Source: Rhodobacterales bacterium (GTDB lineage Bacteria; Pseudomonadota; Alphaproteobacteria; Rhodobacterales; CAZPXZ01). From it: a DNA stretch of 64,000 nucleotides. The DNA is taken from the NCBI GenBank assembly GCA_965221505.1, contig CBDCSI010000001.1, positions 172,504 through 236,503 of the forward strand, given 5' to 3'. The translations under genes were made by a program, and so were the position numbers. The notes under the pieces are model-generated. The model was not told where the DNA came from. It searched no databases and saw only the letters and a program-made list of their open reading frames with translations. Positions within the stretch are counted from its first letter, which is position 1, and the number at the start of each line of letters is the position of its first letter. This document shows, piece by piece, positions 9,286 through 17,642 of this stretch.

Positions 9286-9331
9286 ACCGGAGGCGCCGGC
9301 GCCCGCCTCAGGGCGTGCGGGCGCCTCCGGT
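9286..9331 (-). other. intercistronic stem-loop between dctP and dctQ (12-bp perfect stem)
   Basis: accggaggcgcc (9286-9297) pairs perfectly with ggcgcctccggt (9320-9331) across a 22-nt GC-rich loop. The element lies in the 111-nt dctP-dctQ spacer. Confidence 0.7.
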
Positions 9332-9345
9332 CGGGAGTCGTCGGA

Positions 9346-10365
9346 TCAGAACAGTCCGAGTTCTTCCATGAACGCCGTATGGCTGTCCACGACCGCTTCG
9401 GCCGCCGGCGACTTCGCCTTCCAGTCGATCCAGCGGCTCCGGGCGAAGTCGCGGAACGCCTTCCGGTCCTCGGTCGACCAGTCGTGCAGCGTAACGCCCT
9501 GGGCGGCGAGATCCTTGGCGGCGCGCTTGTCCTTGATCTCGGTCAGCATGGCGAGATTCAACGCGGTCCGGTAGAGCGCGGTCTCGACCATCCGCTGCAT
9601 GCTCGCCGGGAGCTTGCCCCAGGCGTCCTTGTTGCAGGCGAGGGTCTCGGTCGGCATGGAGTGGAAGCCCGGATAGGTCGCATGGGTCGCGACGTCGAAC
9701 AGGCCGAGCGACACGTTGGTGTTCAGCGTCGAAGCGTCGGCGCCGTCGACCACGCCGGTCCGGAGCGCGTTCGGAACCTCGCCGAAGTCCATCACCACCG
9801 GCTTGGCGCCGAAGGCGGCGAAGATCTCGGTCTCCAGTCCCGGCGGCGAGCGGAATTTCCAGTCTTTCAGGTTGTCGAAACTGGCCAGCGAACTGGTCGA
9901 GGAAAGCGACTCGTGCCCCTGCAGCCAGAGGCCGACGAGGTGCACGTTCAGCGGGTCGTAGAGATTCGACTGGACGACTTCCCGTCCGCCGCCGTGATGG
10001 AACCAGGCCAGGAACTGGTACGGCGTGTCGTAGCCGCCCATGATGTCGCCGGCGAACTGGAAGCCGGCGTCCTTGCCGACGTTGCCGGACGCGCCGGTCA
10101 TGTCGCAGTCGAGAATGCCCTGCGAAACCGCGCCGAGGGTCTCGTTCTGCGCGACGACCTCCGAGTTGTAGTGCATCTGGATCTCCAGCGCGCCGTCGGA
10201 CATGGTCTGCACGTCGTCGATGAACTGGCCGATCAGTTCGCCCGGCGTCGAGTTCGACGAGAAGTGCGTCTGTATGCGGAGCGTGTAGTCGGCGGACGTC
10301 GCCGGCAGGGCGAGAGCCGCTCCGGCAAGCGCCCCGGCCACCGAGGCCATCAGCGTTCGAGTCAT
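9346..10365 (-). CDS. dctP: TRAP transporter substrate-binding protein (DctP family)
   Basis: Signal peptide MTRTLMASVAGALAGAALALPATSA. AGGAGG lies 7 nt upstream of ATG 10365. It is the first gene of the dctPQM arrangement. Confidence 0.9.
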   Translation of the reverse strand: MTRTLMASVAGALAGAALALPATSADYTLRIQTHFSSNSTPGELIGQFIDDVQTMSDGALEIQMHYNSEVVAQNETLGAVSQGILDCDMTGASGNVGKDAGFQFAGDIMGGYDTPYQFLAWFHHGGGREVVQSNLYDPLNVHLVGLWLQGHESLSSTSSLASFDNLKDWKFRSPPGLETEIFAAFGAKPVVMDFGEVPNALRTGVVDGADASTLNTNVSLGLFDVATHATYPGFHSMPTETLACNKDAWGKLPASMQRMVETALYRTALNLAMLTEIKDKRAAKDLAAQGVTLHDWSTEDRKAFRDFARSRWIDWKAKSPAAEAVVDSHTAFMEELGLF

Positions 10366-10696
10366 TGTCGTTCCTCCTTTGGGAAATGGTCGGCCGGCAG
10401 GAATTGCCGGCCCGGGATCCGGTCAGTCCGGCGTGCCGGCCCGCGCCTGCGGCCGATGCGGGATCGGACGCGTCGCCGACGGGAGAATCTACCGCCGACG
10501 GATGCGATGGGCAGCCGGGGTACCGGAGTCGAACGCGGCGCCGGGCGTCCGGGCCGGTCGGCCCGAACCGTTCCCCGCCCCGCGAAGAGCCGGATACAAT
10601 CTGATTTGGCGGGCGGGCGCATCATCACACGGGCCCGGAGCGGTTGCAAACCGAACGCGCGGATCGCTTCTGCGCACGGCCCCACCGTCTTTCCCC

Positions 10697-11548
10697 TCAC
10701 GAATCCTGCCGCGCCAGCGCGGACAGGAACGCGTCGTATTCGCGATCCGGAACGGACACGGTCTCGGCCGGCCCCGGAAACCCGCCGCCGAGCGCCGCCT
10801 CCCGAAACCGCCGGAACGAAGCCACGCGCTCCGCTTCCAGCGCGCGCCGGATCGAGGCGAGATCGCCGAACGCCCGCGCGTGGCGCGGCCGCGTGTCGTT
10901 CTCGCCGCAGACGTCCTCGGCGAAGAGATACGCGACGTCCGCCTCCGCGCCGGAGCCGAGCGAGACGGTGACCAGCCCGGTGCGGGCCGAGATCGCGCCC
11001 ATGACCCGGTCGGGAATCACTTCCGCCTCGACCGCGAAGGCGCCTGCGTCCTCGAGCCGGCGGAACCGCCGGTAGAGCTCGATCGCCTCGTCGCAGGTCT
11101 TGCCGACGGCGCGCAGGCCCCCGATCCAGGTCGACTTGCGCGGCACCAGCCCCAGATGGCCCATGACCGGCACGTCTTCGCGCGCCAGCGTCTCGACGAC
11201 CCCGAGCGAGCGCTGGGTCATGACCGCGTCCGCGCCGACGGAGAGGGCGCGAAACGCTTCCCGGAGCACGTCGTTCGGCGTCGGGAAGTCGGCGAGCGCG
11301 ATCGCCGCGGTCAGAAACAGGTCTCTTCCGCCCTCCCGCGCGGCCGCCGCGTTCCGGGAGTTGGCGATGATCAGGTCGATGCCCGCCTCCCGCGCGGCGC
11401 AAGCCTCCTCGACCGAGTTCGCGGTGACCTGGGCGAAGCGGCGCTTCCCCTTCGCACGGCGCAGGTCGTCGACCGTAAGGTTGCGCGCCTCCGGGCCGCG
11501 TCCGCCCCAGGCGACGACCCGCCGCGTCGCCCCGGCCGGCTCCGTCAC
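10697..11548 (-). CDS. 3-methyl-2-oxobutanoate hydroxymethyltransferase (PanB) family protein
   Basis: GTG 11548 overlaps the upstream stop (GTGA). The 283 aa show PanB-like blocks (VPVMGHLGLVPR, AGAFAVEAEVIP, SLGSG). Its setting in a catabolic operon argues against a canonical pantothenate role. Confidence 0.8.
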   Translation of the reverse strand: MTEPAGATRRVVAWGGRGPEARNLTVDDLRRAKGKRRFAQVTANSVEEACAAREAGIDLIIANSRNAAAAREGGRDLFLTAAIALADFPTPNDVLREAFRALSVGADAVMTQRSLGVVETLAREDVPVMGHLGLVPRKSTWIGGLRAVGKTCDEAIELYRRFRRLEDAGAFAVEAEVIPDRVMGAISARTGLVTVSLGSGAEADVAYLFAEDVCGENDTRPRHARAFGDLASIRRALEAERVASFRRFREAALGGGFPGPAETVSVPDREYDAFLSALARQDS

Positions 11549-12423
11549 GACGGCGCCCCCTCGCCGAAGATCCGGGCGAAGAGCGGGGCGCACTGCCGGA
11601 AACCGGCCTCGTAGCTCCCGTCGCCGGGATGGTAGACGCTCTCGAAGGAGACGACGCCGTCGTAGCCGTCCTCCCGCATGGCGTCGGCGATCGGCTGGAA
11701 CTGGTCCGCCAGCTGTCCCTCGCCCATGGGCCGGATCTCGAGGCAGGAGCGCGGCGTGTCGACCCGGACGTCCTTGACGTGGACGTGGCCGAGATAGCCG
11801 CCCCGGAGCGCGTCGTAGCCGTCCGGCCAGGCTCGTTCGTGGCACCAGCACGCGTTGGCCGGATCCCACAGCACCCGCAGCGCGTCCCGCGCGTCCAGCT
11901 GGTCGATCAGGAGCCGGGCGGTGTAGCCGGAGTTGACCATGGTCCCGTTGCCGGTCTCGACGACCAGGCCGATCCCTTCCGCCCGCGCCAGTTCGACGGC
12001 GGGCGCGATCAGCGGCGGCACCGCGTCCCAGGCGCCCTTCGCGACGTTCCAGTCCTCGGCGCCGTTCCGGCCCCAGAGTATGGTTTCCTTGCGGGGCGAG
12101 AGAATGCGGACCAGGGGCGACCCGACCTCCTGCGCCATCTCGATCGTCCGCTTCAGCCCGTCCATCTGGGCGCGATGCGCCGCGTCTCCGGGCCGGTTCT
12201 CCCGCGTGAGCGACGAGAACACGTGGCGGGAGAGGCAGGGTACGCGAATTCCGCGCTCGTCCAGGAGCGCCTTCGCCCGCGCCCGCTCCTGCCGGTCGAG
12301 GTCGCCGACCTCCTTGTCCCAGACGAATTGCAGCTCGCCGTAGCGGATGCCGAACTCGTCCATCACCCGAAGCGCGGTTTCGAGATCCCGGCTGATGCCG
12401 TCGACGATCACACCGATCCGCAT
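11545..12423 (-). CDS. sugar phosphate isomerase/epimerase (xylose isomerase-like TIM barrel)
   Basis: ATG 12423 (MRIGVIVDG...) has GGAGG 7 nt upstream. The ORF-track TTG 12441 is the alternative start. Typical family blocks are present (LVVETGNGT, HVHVKD, VSFESVY). Confidence 0.85.
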   Translation of the reverse strand: MRIGVIVDGISRDLETALRVMDEFGIRYGELQFVWDKEVGDLDRQERARAKALLDERGIRVPCLSRHVFSSLTRENRPGDAAHRAQMDGLKRTIEMAQEVGSPLVRILSPRKETILWGRNGAEDWNVAKGAWDAVPPLIAPAVELARAEGIGLVVETGNGTMVNSGYTARLLIDQLDARDALRVLWDPANACWCHERAWPDGYDALRGGYLGHVHVKDVRVDTPRSCLEIRPMGEGQLADQFQPIADAMREDGYDGVVSFESVYHPGDGSYEAGFRQCAPLFARIFGEGAPS

Positions 12424-12437
12424 GCCGGCGCCTCCCG

Positions 12438-13328
12438 TCAACGCAGCTCGGCGCCGACGATGTCTTCCAGGATCCGGGTGACGACCCAGTTGTCGCCCTC
12501 CGGATGCCGCGACTTGCCGGCGGTGAAGAGTTGCATGGCGGCCGAGGCCGTGAACAGCGGCACGTCGAGCGACCGCGCGAGATCGAGCGAGATCGAAAGA
12601 TCCTTGTGCATGGTGGAGATGTGGCTGCCGGTGCCGACGAATTGGCGCTCGACGACGCGTTCGAGCGCGCCCACGGACGCCGCGCAGCCGGCGCTGGAGC
12701 CGCGCACGACCTCGAGCAGCGTCTCGCCCCGGATTCCGGCCTTCGCCGCCAGCGCGGCCGCCTCGAAGGTGGCCCCGAAGACCGCGCCCATCAGCGACTG
12801 CAGGACCGCCTTGACGGTCTGGCCCATGCCCGGCGCGTCGCCGACGACGTGGACGACGCCGGAGATCGCTTCCATGGCCGGACGCGCCGTCGCCAGCGCC
12901 GCGTCGGATCCGGCGGCCATGAGTACGAGCGTGCCCGCCTGTGCGCCGGCGAAGCCGCCGCTGACCGGCGAATCGACCATCCGGACGCCGGTGCCCTGCA
13001 GCCCCCTCGCGACGGACCGCGCCTCGTCGGGCCGAACCGTCGCGGTGAGCACGACGACGGACCCGAGCGGCATGACGGCGGCGAGCCCGTCGTCGCCGAG
13101 TACGGCGGAGTGCGCCTGCTCGCCGTTCATGACCATGACGAAGGCCGTCGCGCAGTCCTTTCCGGCGTCGGAAGCGGAGGCGGCCGGGATTCCGCCGAGC
13201 GCCGCGAATTCCGCCGTCCGCACCGGGTCGGGGTCGTATCCGGCGGTCTCGAATCCGGCCGCGATCAGGTTCCGGGCGATGCCCGAACCCATGTTGCCGA
13301 GGCCGATCACCGCCGCGCGCTTCGTCAC
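12438..13328 (-). CDS. NAD(P)-dependent oxidoreductase, 3-hydroxyisobutyrate dehydrogenase family
   Basis: GTG start. Rossmann motif AAVIGLGNMGSGIARNL, with the family core DSPVSGG and a conserved Lys segment (GQTVKA). Confidence 0.9.
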   Translation of the reverse strand: MTKRAAVIGLGNMGSGIARNLIAAGFETAGYDPDPVRTAEFAALGGIPAASASDAGKDCATAFVMVMNGEQAHSAVLGDDGLAAVMPLGSVVVLTATVRPDEARSVARGLQGTGVRMVDSPVSGGFAGAQAGTLVLMAAGSDAALATARPAMEAISGVVHVVGDAPGMGQTVKAVLQSLMGAVFGATFEAAALAAKAGIRGETLLEVVRGSSAGCAASVGALERVVERQFVGTGSHISTMHKDLSISLDLARSLDVPLFTASAAMQLFTAGKSRHPEGDNWVVTRILEDIVGAELR

Positions 13329-13383
13329 CGCGCCGTCTCCGCCTGCCCGAAGCGCCGGAGCGGGTCGCGCGGCTCCCGCACGG

Positions 13384-13716
13384 TCACTCCGCTCCTCCCG
13401 CCGATCCGATCCGCACGTGCACGAAGCCGTCTTCCACCTTCGTCTCGTAGGTCCGGAGATCGATGCAGGCGGGGGCGCTCTTCGCCTTGCCCGTGCGGTA
13501 GTCGAACCGGCCGTTGTGCTTCGGACACTCGATCACGTCGTCGATCACCAGTCCGTCGGCGAGATGGGCGTGTTCGTGCGTGCAGGTGCCGTCGGTGCAG
13601 TAATAGCTGTCCGACGGTGATCGGTAGACGGCGTAGGTGCGTCCCGCGTGGTCGAAGCGGATCACGTCCTCGGGTTCGATCTCGTCGGCCGGGCAGGCCC
13701 GGATCCAGTCGGTCAT
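13384..13716 (-). CDS. Rieske (2Fe-2S) ferredoxin, MocE-like
   Basis: 110 aa with CTH-x16-CPKH cluster ligands (CTHEHAHL...CPKHNGRF). Its ATG overlaps the upstream oxygenase stop (ATGA). Confidence 0.9.
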   Translation of the reverse strand: MTDWIRACPADEIEPEDVIRFDHAGRTYAVYRSPSDSYYCTDGTCTHEHAHLADGLVIDDVIECPKHNGRFDYRTGKAKSAPACIDLRTYETKVEDGFVHVRIGSAGGAE

Positions 13717-14777
13717 CGGAAGGCTCCCGTTTCTGCCGGGGCGGGGGACGGCCGGGCGCCGGGCGGCAGGCTGCGCTCGACGAAATAGGAGGGATCCCGA
13801 ACCTGTTTCAGAAGCGCCGGGATCAACTCCCGATAGGTCTCGACGAGACCCCGATACGGCCGCGGCATGTCGTGCTTGACCGCCTCGTGCAGCGCCGGCA
13901 GCGCGTGGAACGGCACCATCGGAAACATGTGATGCTCGATGTGATAGTTCATGTTCGAGTAGACGAACCGCAAGACCGGGTTCAGATACACCGTCCGGGT
14001 GTTGAGCCGGTGGTCCGGGACGTTCTCCGCCAGGCCCGCATGCTGCGTCGCGGCCGTCACGTGGTGCAGCCAGGAACCGTAGAAGGTGGGCAGGCCGATC
14101 AGCATGAGCGGAAGGAGCGTCTCCCAGACGACCGAGGCGGCCGCCGTTCCGGCCAGGATCAGGACGTGCGCCCGTCCGGTCCAGTAGACCTTCCGGCGCT
14201 CCGATTCGGGAACGTACTCGCGCTCGTCCGGCGAGAGCCCGCCGGCGGCGTGGCGGAGCATCCGGCGAACCTCGGTCAGGCCGGTCTTGAGATACAGGAG
14301 GTTGAGGACCATGCCGCGCACGTCCGGCGGCCGGGGGAACGCGATTTCGGGATCGCGTCCGACCACGATGGTGTCCGTGTGGTGGCGGGTGTGGCTCCAT
14401 CGCCATGCGTAGGGATTCTTGAGCGCCAGAAACGACGCGAGGTGATAGAAGGCCTCGTTGATCCAGCGGGTGCGGAACGAGGTTCCGTGCGAGCACTCGT
14501 GCCAGCGCGACTCACCGCCCGACGCGTAGAGAACTCCGTAGACGGCGAAGAGGGGGACGGCCAGCCAGGGGTCGCCCCAGGAGAGCGCCGCGGCCGCGCC
14601 GAAGGCCGCCGTGGCGCCGAGCCACAGCGCGTAGTTGCCGAGCGCCGGCCAGTCGCTCCGGCGCATCAGCGCCTTGAGTTCCTTGCGCGGGATCGGGCAC
14701 TGGTACCAGGCCTCGTGCGGAATGGCGATCGCCGGCTCGGCGCCGGCGAGCCGGTACTGGGTCGCTGCAGCCGTCAT
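13713..14777 (-). CDS. fatty acid desaturase-family di-iron oxygenase, MocD-like
   Basis: Start ATG 14777 (MTAAATQYRL...). Three His boxes are present (HECSH, HTRHH, HIEHH) along with membrane segments. The rest of ORF 13713..16169 is antisense to the LacI gene and Arg-rich. Confidence 0.9.
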   Translation of the reverse strand: MTAAATQYRLAGAEPAIAIPHEAWYQCPIPRKELKALMRRSDWPALGNYALWLGATAAFGAAAALSWGDPWLAVPLFAVYGVLYASGGESRWHECSHGTSFRTRWINEAFYHLASFLALKNPYAWRWSHTRHHTDTIVVGRDPEIAFPRPPDVRGMVLNLLYLKTGLTEVRRMLRHAAGGLSPDEREYVPESERRKVYWTGRAHVLILAGTAAASVVWETLLPLMLIGLPTFYGSWLHHVTAATQHAGLAENVPDHRLNTRTVYLNPVLRFVYSNMNYHIEHHMFPMVPFHALPALHEAVKHDMPRPYRGLVETYRELIPALLKQVRDPSYFVERSLPPGARPSPAPAETGAFR

Positions 14778-14912
14778 CCGGAGTTCTCCCCGGTTGTCCT
14801 CCCTGCGGGGATTGGAAAGAACGTCGCAGCCGAATGCAAGCCGAATTTGCAATTCTATCCGAACCGGGCGAGAATTCGGGATAGTTTCTATCCGGGAAGC
14901 GGGGAAGCGCAG

Positions 14913-15935
14913 ATGGGCCGGCCGACGCTCCAGGAGATCGCCGAGAGATGCGGACTGAGCGTCGCGACAGTCGACCGGGTGCTGAACCGGCGCAGGCGGG
15001 TTCGCCCGGCGACCGAGAAGGCGGTGCTGGCGGCGGCCGAGGCGCTCGGGTTCCGCTCCACGCCGCAGCAGCGACGGCGGATGAACGCCCTCGCGCCCCG
15101 GGTCGCACTCGGCGCGCTCCTGCAGAAACGGAGCAAGCCGTTCTACCGCCGGCTCGGAGCGCAACTGCGGAGCGCGAGCGAGCGGCGCGACGATATCCGG
15201 GCCGATCTGACGCTGGAGTTCGTCGACGCGCTGGCCCCCGGTCCGATCGTGCGATCCATGCACCGGCTCGCGGAGCGGGTCGACGCCCTGGCGGTCGTCT
15301 CCATCGACCACCCGCTGGTCGCCGACGCGGTGTCGGCGCTGGCCGAGCGCGGCGTTCCGGTGGTGTCGCTCCTGAGTCCGCTCGCCTCGATGCGGACGGT
15401 CGCCCATGTCGGGGTCGACGGGCGCCGGGACGGCCGGATCGCCGGCTGGGCCATGTCGCGTTGCGTGCGCGCCCCCGGCGAGATCGGCGTCCTGATCGGA
15501 AGCCATCGCTACCGCGGACACGAGGACCGCGAGGCCGGGTTTCGCTCCCGGCTCAGGGAACAGGGCGACGGGTTCCGGGTGGTGGAGTCGATGACCTACC
15601 TGGACGACGACGAGGGCGCCTACGGCACCGCGCTGGAGCTCCTCGACCGGTGGCCGTCCCTGGCCGGGGTCTACGTCATCGGCGGCGGCGGCGGCGGTGC
15701 GCTGCGGGCGCTGGAGGAGAGCGGCGGCGCGGGTCGGATCGCCGCGGTCTGCAGCGAAATGAGCCGCGAGGTGCGCGAGGGGCTGATCTCGGGAGCGGCG
15801 GACTTCGCCACCGCAACCCCGATCCCGGAACTCGCGACCGCGTCGGTGGAGGTCCTGGCGCAGGCGGCGCTGGAGCCCGAATCGGTCGAATCGGTGCTCC
15901 TGCCGAGCCGGATTCACATCTCCGAGAACGTGTGA
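14913..15935 (+). CDS. LacI family transcriptional regulator
   Basis: ATG 14913. N-terminal HTH PTLQEIAERCGLSVATVDRVLN is followed by a periplasmic-binding-like effector domain. It is divergent from the oxygenase operon. Confidence 0.9.
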   Translation: MGRPTLQEIAERCGLSVATVDRVLNRRRRVRPATEKAVLAAAEALGFRSTPQQRRRMNALAPRVALGALLQKRSKPFYRRLGAQLRSASERRDDIRADLTLEFVDALAPGPIVRSMHRLAERVDALAVVSIDHPLVADAVSALAERGVPVVSLLSPLASMRTVAHVGVDGRRDGRIAGWAMSRCVRAPGEIGVLIGSHRYRGHEDREAGFRSRLREQGDGFRVVESMTYLDDDEGAYGTALELLDRWPSLAGVYVIGGGGGGALRALEESGGAGRIAAVCSEMSREVREGLISGAADFATATPIPELATASVEVLAQAALEPESVESVLLPSRIHISENV

Positions 15936-16480
15936 ACGGAGCCGGTCCTCGCGACCGGTCGAGCGCGATCGACGATCACGCGGGAGTCCGGTCGCCAGTG
16001 CCGCAGGACGTGCACGAGGTCGCCGGGCGCGAGGCTGACGCAGCCGGCGGTCGGGCGTCCGAGCGGGTCCATGACGTGAAGGAAGACGGCGCTGCCCTCG
16101 CCGGCGACCGTCGGGCGGCGGTTCCAGTCGAGGACGACGATCAGGTCGTAGACGCGTCCCGACAGCCAAAGCGCCTCGTGGCGGAATCCGTGCGGCCGGC
16201 GGACGAGCCGGTTGTATTCGGGATCCCGGGGATCGTCCGACCAGCCGTCGGCGAGGCGCAGGGGGCGGACGGGAAGGCAGGTCTCCGGGGGCGGGATTCG
16301 GTCCGGGCGATACAGGACGAGCTCGGCCCGGTGGGCTCCGACGGGCGTTCCGCCGTCGCCCTCGCGCTTCTGCGTCGCGGCGCCGGAGCGTCCGATCCGG
16401 CAGGGGAAGCGGCGTCCGAGAAACCGCGCGGCGGAGCCTCGCACGAACAGGTCCCGCGGGCTTCGGGCCCTGGGCCTCAC
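15914..16480 (-). CDS. L,D-transpeptidase (YkuD) family protein
   Basis: Catalytic His...Gly-Cys signature FLHVMDPLGRPTAGCVSL. GTG 16480 overlaps the upstream stop (GTGA). Confidence 0.8.
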   Translation of the reverse strand: MRPRARSPRDLFVRGSAARFLGRRFPCRIGRSGAATQKREGDGGTPVGAHRAELVLYRPDRIPPPETCLPVRPLRLADGWSDDPRDPEYNRLVRRPHGFRHEALWLSGRVYDLIVVLDWNRRPTVAGEGSAVFLHVMDPLGRPTAGCVSLAPGDLVHVLRHWRPDSRVIVDRARPVARTGSVHTFSEM

Positions 16481-17589
16481 GCCGTTTCGCTCCCGCGCCG
16501 GCGCTTCGCCTCGAGGTAGCGGACGTTGTGGGGATTCTGCCCGAAACCGTGCGGCAGGACCTCCGCGACCTCGACGCCCGCGGCGCGTACGGCGTCGGCC
16601 TTCTCCGGGTTGGACGTCATCAGCCGGATTCGTCCGACGCCGAGGAGCCGGAGAATCTCGGCCGCCACGCCGAATTCCCGCTCGTCTTCCGCGAATCCGA
16701 GCCGGCGGTTGGCTTCGTAGGTGTCGAATCCCTGGTCCTGCAGCGCGTAGGCGCGCATCTTGTTGGCCAACCCGATCCCGCGGCCTTCCTGTTGCAGCAC
16801 GACGACGACGCCGCCCTCCCGCGTCGCCCGGTCGATCGCCGCATGAAGTTGCGGCCCGCAGTCGCAGCGCAGCGAGTCCAGCACGTCGCCGGTGTAACAG
16901 GAGGAATGGACCCGAACCGCGGGCGCCTCGCTCTCGCGCAGCGGGCCGAACTCGAGAGCGAGATGCTCTTCTCCCGAACCGCGTTCGCGAAACAGGTGGA
17001 CATGGGCGTCCTCGCAGGACCGGACCGGCATGCGGGCGGAAGCGACGCGTTCCACCGTAGGGCGGGGTTCGGGACCCTCGAGCGCGCTCCGCGGCACGCC
17101 GAGGGCGCGCCGCAGCGGGCCGGCGAGGCGTCCGCGCGGATGCGCGACCAGGGCCGCGCCGAGAAGTCCCGACCGGCGCGTCAGCGCCAGCGCCAGGACG
17201 GCGTCGGCGGGACTGCCGCTCCGGCGCGTCGGGAAGGGCCCGCGCAGCGGCCGGTCGAGGTCCCGCGACGGATCGGCGAGGGCGGCGAGATAGGACGCCG
17301 TCGCGTCGGGTTCGACGGGCACGCGCGCGAGGTCGCCGTCGTAGACCCGGATGCGTAGCGTCTCGGCCCGCTGCCGCGAGAGCGCAAGGTCGATCGCGTC
17401 GCCGCAGGCGTCGCGAATCGCGGCGAGCCAGCGCTCCTCCGCGAGCTCCGCCGCTAGCGCCAGCGCGGCGGGTTTCCCTCCGCCGGTCAGGCGAACCGGG
17501 TGTCCGAGGCGCAGGGCGCCGCGGGCTTCCTCCAGGACGTCCTCCCGCCCGAAGAGCGGGCGGGCGGCGGAAGCGCGCTCGACCGTCAT
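16477..17589 (-). CDS. ribA: GTP cyclohydrolase II with ~190-aa N-terminal extension
   Basis: ATG 17589. The C-terminal half carries the RibA zinc/GTP motifs (VRVHSSCYTGDVLDSLRCDCGPQL, QEGRGIGL, YEANRRLGF). The remainder of ORF 16477..20385 is antisense junk. Confidence 0.85.
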   Translation of the reverse strand: MTVERASAARPLFGREDVLEEARGALRLGHPVRLTGGGKPAALALAAELAEERWLAAIRDACGDAIDLALSRQRAETLRIRVYDGDLARVPVEPDATASYLAALADPSRDLDRPLRGPFPTRRSGSPADAVLALALTRRSGLLGAALVAHPRGRLAGPLRRALGVPRSALEGPEPRPTVERVASARMPVRSCEDAHVHLFRERGSGEEHLALEFGPLRESEAPAVRVHSSCYTGDVLDSLRCDCGPQLHAAIDRATREGGVVVVLQQEGRGIGLANKMRAYALQDQGFDTYEANRRLGFAEDEREFGVAAEILRLLGVGRIRLMTSNPEKADAVRAAGVEVAEVLPHGFGQNPHNVRYLEAKRRRGSETA

Positions 17590-17642
17590 GCCAGCACTCC
17601 CGAATCGTTGACCGGCTCGCCGCGCGGCGCTACCGGTGAGGC

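Noticed and set aside
10392-10412. Perfect 8-bp hairpin (ggccggca-ggaat-tgccggcc) as a terminator between the PanB-like gene and dctP.
   Set aside because: No U-tract lies on the transcribed (minus) strand. The hairpin lies ~285 nt after the upstream stop but only ~25 nt before the dctP start, so a 5'-UTR structure is more likely. Evidence is insufficient for either call.
12504-15935. 1143-aa ORF on the plus strand, and similar giants: 13713..16169, 16477..20385, 1553..3295, 8941..10971, 47627..50932, 55163..58774, 55816..59145.
   Set aside because: Only a sub-segment of each carries recognisable protein motifs. The rest is Arg/Gly/Pro-rich and lies antisense to, or out of frame with, well-supported genes. 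Stop codons are rare in high-GC DNA, so such frames stay open by chance.
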